DNA from: Puniceicoccales bacterium
GTDB taxonomy: Bacteria; Verrucomicrobiota; Verrucomicrobiia; Opitutales; JAIRKQ01
Length of the DNA stretch: 46,188 nt
Direction: 5' to 3'
Assembly: GCA_031283685.1 (NCBI GenBank)
Contig: JAITBI010000004.1
Location: forward strand, 1 to 46,188
Shown piece after piece: positions 19,987-28,086 of the stretch. The translations under genes were made by a program, and so were the position numbers. Under the pieces are notes generated by a model. That model was not told the DNA's origin. It ran no database searches and saw only the letters and a list, made by a program, of their open reading frames with translations. Position 1 is the first letter of the stretch, and every line of letters begins with the position of its first letter.

Positions 19987-21156
19987 ATGATTATTAAACC
20001 TAAAACACGCGGTTTTATATCCCTAACGGCTCATCCCAAGGGATGCGAAGAAAACGTAAGGCAACAAATTGTGTTTGCAGAAAAACACAATATTCCCAGT
20101 GCTCCAAAAAATGTCCTGATCATTGGGGCTTCTACGGGATATGGTTTGGCAAGCAGAATCACATTAGCCTTCGGCGGAAGAGCAAATACCATAGGGGTGT
20201 TCTTTGAACGTCCATCTGAAAAAGACAAACCCGCCTCTGCCGGCTGGTATAATTCGACCGCTTTTAAAAAATTTGCGGAACAAAGTGGCCTATTGGCAGA
20301 AAATATAAACGGCGATGCTTTTTCATCCGAGGTGAAAGAGCAGGTAATAGATTTGATAAGGCAAAAGTTTGGACAGATAGACTGCGTGGTATACAGCCTA
20401 GCTTCCCCCAAAAGAACAGATCCCTTTACTGGTGAAGTTTTTAAATCAGTCCTTAAGCCCATAGGAAAACCTTTCATGGGGAAAACCATCAATGTCGATA
20501 GGGAAGAAGTCTACGAAGTAACCATTGAACCGGCTACGGCGGAAGAAGTACGAGCAACGGAAAAAGTAATGGGGGGCGAAGACTGGGAATTGTGGATACA
20601 GGCCCTACACAATGAAAAATTATTGGCAAATGGCGCCAAAACCATCGCCTATTCCTACATTGGTCCCGAAATCACTTGGCCAATCTATGCAAATGGAACC
20701 ATAGGAGCTGCCAAGGATGATTTAATGCGGGCAATGGAAGCGATAAAATTTCTGCTGGCTGATATCGGAGGGCAGACAGTTATTTCCGTCAATAAAGCTG
20801 TTGTAACCCAGGCTAGCGCTGCCATACCAGTGGTTCCGTTATATATTTCAATTCTTTTCAAAGTTATGAAAGAAAAGGGGATTCACGAAGGGTGCATAGA
20901 GCAAATGGTTAGACTATTTAGTGAAAGGTTATATGGCCCCCATTCCGGCAAATCCTTGGATGAACATGGTCGCATTCGACTGGATGATTTTGAACTAAAC
21001 CGGGATGTTCAAGATGCCATCGCCAGAATTTGGCCGAAAATTTCTACGGAAAATTTGAAAGAATTTTCAGACATAGATGGATATAAGCAAGAATTTTTAA
21101 AACTTTTTGGTTTTGGATTGGTTTCCATAAATTACGACGACGATGTCGAAATTTAA
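19987..21156 (+). CDS. fabV: enoyl-ACP reductase FabV (trans-2-enoyl-CoA reductase family)
   Basis: MIIKPKTRGFISLTAHPKGCEENVRQQI is the characteristic FabV N-terminus. VLIIGASTGYGLASRI. 389 aa. Confidence 0.85.
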   Translation: MIIKPKTRGFISLTAHPKGCEENVRQQIVFAEKHNIPSAPKNVLIIGASTGYGLASRITLAFGGRANTIGVFFERPSEKDKPASAGWYNSTAFKKFAEQSGLLAENINGDAFSSEVKEQVIDLIRQKFGQIDCVVYSLASPKRTDPFTGEVFKSVLKPIGKPFMGKTINVDREEVYEVTIEPATAEEVRATEKVMGGEDWELWIQALHNEKLLANGAKTIAYSYIGPEITWPIYANGTIGAAKDDLMRAMEAIKFLLADIGGQTVISVNKAVVTQASAAIPVVPLYISILFKVMKEKGIHEGCIEQMVRLFSERLYGPHSGKSLDEHGRIRLDDFELNRDVQDAIARIWPKISTENLKEFSDIDGYKQEFLKLFGFGLVSINYDDDVEI

Positions 21157-21177
21157 TTAAATCTTTTTAAGAAAATA

Positions 21178-21206
21178 TTGACAACGATTTGTTAAATATT
21201 TAGCAT
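21178..21206 (+). promoter_or_regulatory. putative sigma70 promoter of the sctF operon
   Basis: TTGACA (21178-21183), 17-nt spacer, TAGCAT (21201-21206). AGGAG at 21221-21225 lies 6 nt before the ATG at 21232. Confidence 0.5.
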
Positions 21207-21231
21207 CTTTCAATCGAAAAAGGAGTTAATA

Positions 21232-21513
21232 ATGGCAGGAACAAATAATAAAACAATTAATAGTCCAATTCCAGATGATATAACAGTAACCCTTGGTAGA
21301 ATTTATGCACTTTTAGCCACTTGTGTTTCAAAAAGCGAAAAAGGATTAAACTGTGCTATTAAGAGATTAGAGAATGATGATAACATCGGCCAGGAACAGT
21401 TGCTTGCTTTGCAAGCCAAAATCCAATCATGGGGAAATTTGACTACCACATGCACTGGCTTGTTACGTGCCGTTGGAGATGCTCTGAAATCGACATCACA
21501 AAATGTTCGATAA
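21232..21513 (+). CDS. sctF: type III secretion needle filament protein SctF (YscF/PrgI/MxiH/CdsF family)
   Basis: 93 aa, helix-turn-helix-sized. C-terminal half GQEQLLALQAKIQSWGNLTTTCTGLLRAVGDALKSTSQNVR matches the needle signature (LxxLQxxIxxW ... K..D..K.I.QNxR; compare PrgI/MxiH ending in QNFR). Strong RBS. Confidence 0.7.
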   Translation: MAGTNNKTINSPIPDDITVTLGRIYALLATCVSKSEKGLNCAIKRLENDDNIGQEQLLALQAKIQSWGNLTTTCTGLLRAVGDALKSTSQNVR

Positions 21514-21538
21514 TTGGTTTTCTAGGTTGAAAATGTAG

Positions 21539-21958
21539 ATGGATAATGTACCAAGTGAAATTTCGAAAAGTGATTTGCCTGTTTCTACGGAGATGGTTCG
21601 TTGTCTGATGGATATTGGTTATGTTGCCACTGGTCGTGGATTACAGTCTCAGGCTACAAGTATTTTCAATGGGGTAGTTGCCGCGCGACCAAGTAGTGAA
21701 TTGCCGTTGATAGGTCTTGCTGTTTGTAAGCTCAATTTTGGATATGTCGTCGATGCAGCCAAAATTCTCGCTGAACAGGCATTGAAGCTAAACCCTAATA
21801 GTGGAACAGCTAAATGTTTTTTAGCAGTTGCTATCAAAGCATTAGGACAGGAGCAGGAAGCATGTGATTTAATGCACCAGGTATGCGACGACACTACGGA
21901 ACCAGCTGCTAAGGCTATGGCAGAATCATTTCTTACCGGCAAAGATGTTTCGCCTTAA
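21539..21958 (+). CDS. TPR-like type III secretion chaperone (YscG/PscG/CdsG-like needle co-chaperone candidate)
   Basis: 139 aa, all-helical with TPR-like repeats (ATSIFNGVVAARPSSELPLIGLAVCKL..., AAKILAEQALKLNPNSGTAKCFLAVAIKALGQEQEA). Immediately downstream of sctF, as yscG and cdsG are. Confidence 0.5.
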   Translation: MDNVPSEISKSDLPVSTEMVRCLMDIGYVATGRGLQSQATSIFNGVVAARPSSELPLIGLAVCKLNFGYVVDAAKILAEQALKLNPNSGTAKCFLAVAIKALGQEQEACDLMHQVCDDTTEPAAKAMAESFLTGKDVSP

Positions 21959-22128
21959 TTTATAAGGGGTCCTAAAGAGATTGATGGGAGATCAAAGAAA
22001 AAAAGAAAAAACGACGGAATAACTCTGATTTAAGGAATGGTAAATTTCCCACAAAACTTATACAACCGTGTAGATGTCATTAGCTAATTTACATTAGTTC
22101 AAATGTCTGAAAAATAGGTGATTTCCTG

Positions 22129-22173
22129 ATATTGTTTGTACAATATTTTTTGTGAAAAATGTTTCACAAAAAA
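22129..22173. promoter_or_regulatory. two abutting perfect palindromes upstream of the cmk-like gene
   Basis: atattgt-ttgt-acaatat (22129-22146), then ttttttgtgaaa-aatg-tttcacaaaaaa (22146-22173, 12-bp arms). TTGACT follows at 22183-22188. Confidence 0.3.
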
Positions 22174-22345
22174 AACACCACATTGACTATTGATAGTATG
22201 CTATTAATTACTTGTCTTAAAAACATAAGGCAATAAAAACCTATTTGCGCCTTCTAGATTTGAACAAAAAATGATTTTTAGTAGAAGCAAAAAAGACTTG
22301 CAAGGTTGCAAAAATATTTACAATATAGCACATACGTATAGTATA

Positions 22346-23164
22346 ATGAAAACAAAATCATTCTCATTTGCATTACTGGCGGCAATATTAATTCTTCCAT
22401 TGTATTGGTATTGTAAAGTTGATAAAGTATCTCCATTGGATAGTAAAATACTTGTTACCATCGATGGAGGATCAGCTACGAAAAAATCTCCCATTGCACA
22501 GGCGCTTGCTAAAAAATTCAACTTGGTTTACATTGAAACGGGCGCATTGTATCGCACAACAGCACACGTGCTTATCAAAGCTGGAATTATGCCAGAATCT
22601 AAAAATGAAAGCAAGATAGACAAATTTTTGGAGGATGCCAGATGTGAATGTCTTTTGGAAGATTGGAAAGTTAAATTTAGCATCAATGGAGTCTGTTTGA
22701 CCGCCGAAGAATTAAGGGCAGGGGATATCAATGCCAACGTGGCCAAGTATTCATCGTTATTTAAGTCCATTAATAATTTTTGCATAAAACATATTCGAGA
22801 AATTATAAATTTGGAAGGAGTTCAGAAGTTCAACGGTATAATTGCCGAAGGGCGGACGTGCGGTACATATATATTTCCAGAAGCCGATGTAAAATTTTGG
22901 CTCATGGCCACCGATTCTGCTAAGATAAATTTCAGGCTTAATGTGGAAAAAGAAGTCGATAACCCCATTGAACGTGATAAATTAGACTTTTCTCGTACGT
23001 TCTATCCAGTGGTAAAACCTGAACGTGCCGTAGAAGTATGGACATCTTCCCGACCAATGGAAGAAAATATTGCGCTAGTGTCAGCATTTATGGAGCAAAA
23101 ATTAGACGTTAAAAAATACAGTAAGCCACAAAAATCAAAAATTATGTCACTGCGGCATCGTTAA
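22346..23164 (+). CDS. cytidylate kinase-like protein with N-terminal transmembrane anchor and degenerate P-loop
   Basis: By eye collinear with Cmk: IDGGSATKKSP (in place of IDGPAGSGKST), ETGALYRT (TGAMYRA), GRTCGTYIFPEADVKFWLMATDSAKINF (GRDIGTVVFPDA..KIFLTAS), RDKLDFSRTFYP. Preceded by MKTKSFSFALLAAILILPLYWY. Start at 22346 preferred over 22271. Confidence 0.6.
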   Translation: MKTKSFSFALLAAILILPLYWYCKVDKVSPLDSKILVTIDGGSATKKSPIAQALAKKFNLVYIETGALYRTTAHVLIKAGIMPESKNESKIDKFLEDARCECLLEDWKVKFSINGVCLTAEELRAGDINANVAKYSSLFKSINNFCIKHIREIINLEGVQKFNGIIAEGRTCGTYIFPEADVKFWLMATDSAKINFRLNVEKEVDNPIERDKLDFSRTFYPVVKPERAVEVWTSSRPMEENIALVSAFMEQKLDVKKYSKPQKSKIMSLRHR

Positions 23165-23266
23165 AAACCACAATCGATCTGAGAATTCAGATTCACCTCG
23201 TAGCTTACACCTTGTCGAGTTAGCACGGACCTATTCAGCTCCACGTCGTCGGTTTTTGATTAACTC

Positions 23267-24958
23267 TCATGCTTTAAAAATAGTACCTAGGTTTTTACCC
23301 ATAAAAGTCGAAGCGCTAATGACGGTTATTGCTAAAAACGTCATTGCCCAAACCCCCAAAGAACATGCCAGGAATGGGCCTTCGCCTAACAAATTAATCA
23401 GTTCGTAGATAGCCTTGGTTATGGGGTAATATTGTTGTTTTTGGGCTAAAATTAGGGAATCGGACACTTCAAGCATGGTTTGTGAAAAGACCAATAATCC
23501 TCCAGCCAGTAAATTTGCAACTATTAGCGGAAAAGTAATTTTTATGCTAGCCTTTACGGGAGGACATCCCAAACACTGGGCAGCCTCTTCATAGGTGTAG
23601 CTCATTTGTTGTAGGCCGGATATTGCCGAGCGTACGATAAACGGTAGCTTCCGGACCGTGTACGCTGTAATCAACAACATTGTTGGGTTTTCTATGGGAT
23701 TTAAAAATGAAAATACTCTACCTTTTTGACTCATTGCAAAGTATCCAAATGCCATGACAAGGCCCGGAACAGCTAGTGGTAACATGGTCATGGTGTCTAG
23801 CAAATTGCGAAATCTTAGTCTAGAGCGTACAACGACAAAGGCGATCATAATTCCCAAAATAACAGCAAATAAGGTCGCACAGCCCGAATAAACCACACTG
23901 TTTTGTATTGACGGAATCGTGAGAGGATGACCAAGGGTGATTCTGTAGTTGTCCAATGTCCAAACGTTGGGAAATACTGAATTGTACCAATCCCCGGCAA
24001 ATGATGTCAAAATCACAGCGACATGCGGCATTAAAGCCACGATGGTGACACAGATAAACAAAGAGCAGCAGATTAATTTTTTAAAGAATCCTGTTTTTTT
24101 AGTCAAAGAGGCGTGGGATGCTTTTGCCATCATCGCGTAGTTTTGGTTACCCGTCAATAGCTTGCCAAAGATATAAAATGTCAAAGATAGTAAGAGTACG
24201 ACACTGACCAAGGCAAAAGGCAACTGGTTGTCGTTGATCATTTTTAACCCGTTATAAATTTGGACGGAGACAACCATGTTGTAATCGAAGATTAGCGGTA
24301 CCCCCAACTCGGTGAACGACCAAATGAATACCAACGTTACGCCGGCAAAAATTCCAGATCGCATCAACGGTAAGGTAATTTTAAAAAACCTTTTCAACCC
24401 GTGACATCCGAGACACCCAGCTGCTTCATCAAGCGAAGGGTCAATGTTTGCCAACGTTGATACCAAATTTAAATATAGTATGGGGGATAGGCTGATGGCG
24501 TTTAGGAAACACATACCGATTAGTTTGTAATCCCCCAGCCAATCGATCAAATGTGCTCCATCGATAATGCCTATTTTCACAAGAATGCTGTTTAGCATCC
24601 CACGAACACCAAGAATATGATGAACCCCTATGGCTCCAACAAATGGTGGTAACATGATGGGTAATAAAACGACATTGGTAAAAAATTTTTTCCCAGGAAA
24701 ATCATAGCGATCCGTAAAATACGCCAACGGAAGCGCTATTAGAAAAGCAATTATGGTGGTAATACTTGCTAGTAATATCGAATTTTTGATGCTTATCAGG
24801 TATAGCCTATTGCTAAAAATTGCGGAAAGATAGGCTAGGGTAAAATGGCCATCCGAAGTGGTGAATCCATTGCGTAAAACTTGAAAAATTGGCCAAACAA
24901 AAAATGCAGCAAAAAATACTATTACTACAAAAAATACAGCTATGGAATATTTTCTCAC
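23267..24958 (-). CDS. fused two-domain ABC transporter permease (FbpB / iron(III)-type family)
   Basis: 563 aa, about 12 predicted TM helices. Two EAA-loop motifs: DEAAGCLGCHGLKRFFKITLPLM and YEEAAQCLGCPPVKASIKITFPLI. No adjacent ATPase or binding protein. Confidence 0.8.
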   Translation of the reverse strand: MRKYSIAVFFVVIVFFAAFFVWPIFQVLRNGFTTSDGHFTLAYLSAIFSNRLYLISIKNSILLASITTIIAFLIALPLAYFTDRYDFPGKKFFTNVVLLPIMLPPFVGAIGVHHILGVRGMLNSILVKIGIIDGAHLIDWLGDYKLIGMCFLNAISLSPILYLNLVSTLANIDPSLDEAAGCLGCHGLKRFFKITLPLMRSGIFAGVTLVFIWSFTELGVPLIFDYNMVVSVQIYNGLKMINDNQLPFALVSVVLLLSLTFYIFGKLLTGNQNYAMMAKASHASLTKKTGFFKKLICCSLFICVTIVALMPHVAVILTSFAGDWYNSVFPNVWTLDNYRITLGHPLTIPSIQNSVVYSGCATLFAVILGIMIAFVVVRSRLRFRNLLDTMTMLPLAVPGLVMAFGYFAMSQKGRVFSFLNPIENPTMLLITAYTVRKLPFIVRSAISGLQQMSYTYEEAAQCLGCPPVKASIKITFPLIVANLLAGGLLVFSQTMLEVSDSLILAQKQQYYPITKAIYELINLLGEGPFLACSLGVWAMTFLAITVISASTFMGKNLGTIFKA

Positions 24959-25003
24959 GAATTATAAACACATCTGCTCACCATAAATAGCCCACAAAAA
25001 TCA

Positions 25004-25666
25004 TTACCAATCGCCGGAATTATCTCCTTCGATTTTCAATGATTCTTCTACGTCATCGTCAAACTCCAACAAATCAAGGTCTTCTTTATCCTCATCTTCA
25101 TCCTCGATGTCCGCATCCAAACTGTATCCGGCAGGGACATAGTCTAATATGGACATAATTTCATCAAAGGCATGGGTTTTAATGCCAGCAATATACCGTT
25201 CCTGTTGTTCAGCGTGTAAAATATCCTCAACCTCTTCCAAATTCAACGGTTGTTTGAAATCAAAGCTCGCATTCAACAGTTTTATACGCAAAGCCATTAT
25301 GTGATCTATGAATTCGGCAAACATCCCTTCCTGTTCGCCGGAACTATTGGGCAAGCAGAAAATACGTTCGCGCGGACTTAAAATATTGTCCTTCACCTCG
25401 TATAATCTAAGCATTTCCTTTGGCATTTCCCTCTCAATCACATAGGGAATGAATGCGTCGTTGACCACTTCATCATCGAGGCCATATTGTTTCAATTGAC
25501 CCAATAGGTCTGTCATGTGTTCTATCTGTTTCGGGTCAAGAATACCTAACTCCGTATCACAAAAAGTATCGTCGCTGGCTTCATGTACCCACCAATTGTA
25601 GTCATCACCTAACCGAACTATACACCATTTGCCTGCATCTACTACCATTTCTTTCCAAAAGCTCAT
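25004..25666 (-). CDS. hypothetical highly acidic protein
   Basis: 220-aa ORF upstream of and co-oriented with the permease. C-terminal tail DADIEDEDEDKEDLDLLEFDDDVEESLKIEGDNSGDW. No family recognised. Confidence 0.5.
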   Translation of the reverse strand: MSFWKEMVVDAGKWCIVRLGDDYNWWVHEASDDTFCDTELGILDPKQIEHMTDLLGQLKQYGLDDEVVNDAFIPYVIEREMPKEMLRLYEVKDNILSPRERIFCLPNSSGEQEGMFAEFIDHIMALRIKLLNASFDFKQPLNLEEVEDILHAEQQERYIAGIKTHAFDEIMSILDYVPAGYSLDADIEDEDEDKEDLDLLEFDDDVEESLKIEGDNSGDW

Positions 25667-25779
25667 CGATTTTTAAACAAAAAATTTCCGGCGTAAAGAA
25701 AAATAATGACAAAGTTCAAATCAGAATATTTAAGGAATATAGATTCCCATAAAGTGATTATATTTTTACATTTTATGAG

Positions 25780-25809
25780 CATAAATCCCAGTATCATAAA
25801 TCCCAGTAT
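25780..25809. repeat. perfect tandem duplication of a 15-mer (cataaatcccagtat x2)
   Basis: Read directly in the hisS / acidic-protein divergent intergenic region, 66 nt upstream of the hisS ATG. Confidence 0.8.
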
Positions 25810-25874
25810 AGAACTTCAGGACATATTTACTTTTGGCATTGAAAAATTTTTGTTTTAGTCCATAGAAGTAAGGC

Positions 25875-27173
25875 ATGTCTATGTTTCAGACACTGGCAGG
25901 CTTTAGGGACTTTTATCCCGACGATTGTGCGTTTAGAAACTTCATTTTTGAGCGTTTTCGTCAATCTGCGACAACATTTGGGTTCGAAGAATACGACGCT
26001 CCAATTCTAGAATCCATGGAATTGTTTACAGCAAAATCCGGTGAAGAAATTGTTTCCCAATTGTTCAGCTTCGAGGATAAAGGAGGCCGACCAGTTGCCA
26101 TGCGACCAGAAATGACACCATCTCTCGCCCGTATGGTTGGAGCACGGGCAAGTACACTAAAACGGCCCATCAAATGGTTTAGTATTTCGGAAATGTTTCG
26201 CTACGAACGTCCACAAAAAGGACGTTTGCGGTCATTTTATCAATTTAATGCTGATATATTTGGAAATGAGTCATCCTACGCTGACGCTGAAATAATTTTA
26301 CTAGGCATTCACATGTTGAGAAGTTTCGGATTGACAGTAGAGGATTTCAGTGTTCGGCTCAGCGACAGGCAGCTATGGACATTATTTATCCGATCCCATA
26401 ACATAGGAGAAGATGATGTCCCGGAGGTACTTAGAATAATTGATAAAATTGAACGGGAAGAGCTATCGAAAACCCTCGAAAGCTTGAATAAAATTTGCAA
26501 AAGTAATGGACAGAAAATATTCGATGATCTTTTGGAAATTAGAACTATTCACTCGGTAAATGATATTCGGGCATTTTTTAAAAAAATTGAAAATGATGCC
26601 TTTGCCAGGAGGATTGACGAATTGGCACAGTTGTTAGCTAGAATAAAAGCCTTTGGAGTATCTGATTTTGTAACCATTGACTTCAGCATAGTACGAGGAT
26701 TGGCCTACTATACCGGGTTTGTCTTTGAAATATTTGAACGTAGCGGACAATCCCGTGCCCTAGCAGGTGGTGGGAGATACGATGACCTAATTAAAAGATT
26801 GGGATATGCAGATTTACCTGCCGTCGGGTTTGCGATCGGAGACGTTGCACTTGGAAACCTATTGAAGGGAAGAAATATCGTTCCAAAACTGTCAAAAAAC
26901 ATACACTGTTTCGTCGTCTATTCCACTCAAACGGAAACGTTAGCCCTGCGACAGGCAACAATTCTGCGCGAGCAAAAGATAAATACCGACTATTGCCTAG
27001 ACCAGGCAACTTTTAGTAAGCAACTAAAAATGGCAGCCCAGGTAAATGCAAAATATGCGATAATTTTTGGCGAGGAGGAAGCAAAAACTGGCCATGTCAA
27101 GGTCAAAGATATGTCATCCACAAGTGAAATCGTTGTGGAAATTGATAGGCTTGTCGAAGCGATCTACAGATGA
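25875..27173 (+). CDS. hisS: histidine--tRNA ligase
   Basis: GFRDFYPDD, class II motifs MRPEMTPSLARM, FRYERPQKGRLRSFYQFNADIFG, GGGRYDDL. 432 aa. Confidence 0.9.
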   Translation: MSMFQTLAGFRDFYPDDCAFRNFIFERFRQSATTFGFEEYDAPILESMELFTAKSGEEIVSQLFSFEDKGGRPVAMRPEMTPSLARMVGARASTLKRPIKWFSISEMFRYERPQKGRLRSFYQFNADIFGNESSYADAEIILLGIHMLRSFGLTVEDFSVRLSDRQLWTLFIRSHNIGEDDVPEVLRIIDKIEREELSKTLESLNKICKSNGQKIFDDLLEIRTIHSVNDIRAFFKKIENDAFARRIDELAQLLARIKAFGVSDFVTIDFSIVRGLAYYTGFVFEIFERSGQSRALAGGGRYDDLIKRLGYADLPAVGFAIGDVALGNLLKGRNIVPKLSKNIHCFVVYSTQTETLALRQATILREQKINTDYCLDQATFSKQLKMAAQVNAKYAIIFGEEEAKTGHVKVKDMSSTSEIVVEIDRLVEAIYR

Positions 27174-27505
27174 CAGAAAATGACAAGAGCACGGCTGCGG
27201 TGGAATATTTTTGGGATATTCTCAAAGCCGTTTATGATCCCGAAATTGGGGTGAACATTGTTGACTTGGGCATGGTTTATGCAATAGATGTAAAAAATTG
27301 CAGAGAAAACAAATTTGATGTAGATATTGAAATGACCCTAACCTCACCGGGGTGTCCACTTGCCGACGTAATTGCAGAAAATGTAAAATCGGCAATTAGG
27401 GATACGGGAAAATGTTCAAAAGTTGACGTAAATTTTATTTTCGATCCTCCCTGGAATCCCGATATGATTACGGCGGAAGGAAAAATGCAATTGGGATTAC
27501 TTTAA
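27170..27505 (+). CDS. DUF59/MIP18-family Fe-S assembly protein (SufT/PaaD-like)
   Basis: VYDPEIGVNIVDLGMVY and TLTSPGCPL motifs. 111 aa. ATGA overlap with hisS. Confidence 0.8.
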   Translation: MTENDKSTAAVEYFWDILKAVYDPEIGVNIVDLGMVYAIDVKNCRENKFDVDIEMTLTSPGCPLADVIAENVKSAIRDTGKCSKVDVNFIFDPPWNPDMITAEGKMQLGLL

Positions 27506-27591
27506 TTCTTGCGTAAAGAAATAAAAATTCCTATGCTTTAGGAAATTTTCCTATTGATCGTTTACAAAACTTAATTATCAAAGGTACCAAA

Positions 27592-28068
27592 ATGAGTGCT
27601 AGTAGAACAAAGGTTGAGGACGCGTTAGCCAATTTGGCGTTGCGATTGAAATTAGAATCCCTGAAGCTCAATGAAAAAAATGAAACCTATTTGCTTTTTG
27701 ATCAAAAGTTTCATGTAACGTGTATCTTTGATGCTGACAAAGATGAATTTATATTAACATCCGTTATTGGAGAGCTTGAAAAATTTTCCCTGGAGGCATA
27801 TAAGAAGATACTCGGAGATAATTTCTTCTGGGCCGGAACGGCAGGAGCTAGATTATTTCTTGATCCCGACGGAGAGGATGGCCATGATACGATTGTATTG
27901 AGAGAGATTATACCACTAGCAATGTTCGATGAAGAACGTTTGTACGAACGCATGGAAGATTTTGTAAATGCTGTAGAATATTGGTCGACAGAATATCCAA
28001 AGTTACAGCAGGGTGGAAGATCGCTATCGGCAAATCAATCGACGGGTGGGTTCATGGTATCTGCCTAG
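27592..28068 (+). CDS. type III secretion class I chaperone (CesT/SycE-like)
   Basis: 158 aa, acidic. Canonical pattern LANLALRLKLESLKLNEKNETYLLFDQKFHVTCIFDADKDEFILTSVIGEL...ILGDNFFWAGTAGARLFLDP...IVLREIIPL...MEDFVNAVEYW. Confidence 0.65.
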   Translation: MSASRTKVEDALANLALRLKLESLKLNEKNETYLLFDQKFHVTCIFDADKDEFILTSVIGELEKFSLEAYKKILGDNFFWAGTAGARLFLDPDGEDGHDTIVLREIIPLAMFDEERLYERMEDFVNAVEYWSTEYPKLQQGGRSLSANQSTGGFMVSA

Positions 28069-28086
28069 AAAAATACGGGAGGGACC

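Noticed and set aside
22152-22169. CRP/FNR-type site (TGTGA...TCACA)
   Set aside because: The half-sites are separated by 8 nt rather than the 6 nt (CRP) or 4 nt (FNR TTGAT-N4-ATCAA) of the classical consensus. It is kept only as a generic palindrome finding.
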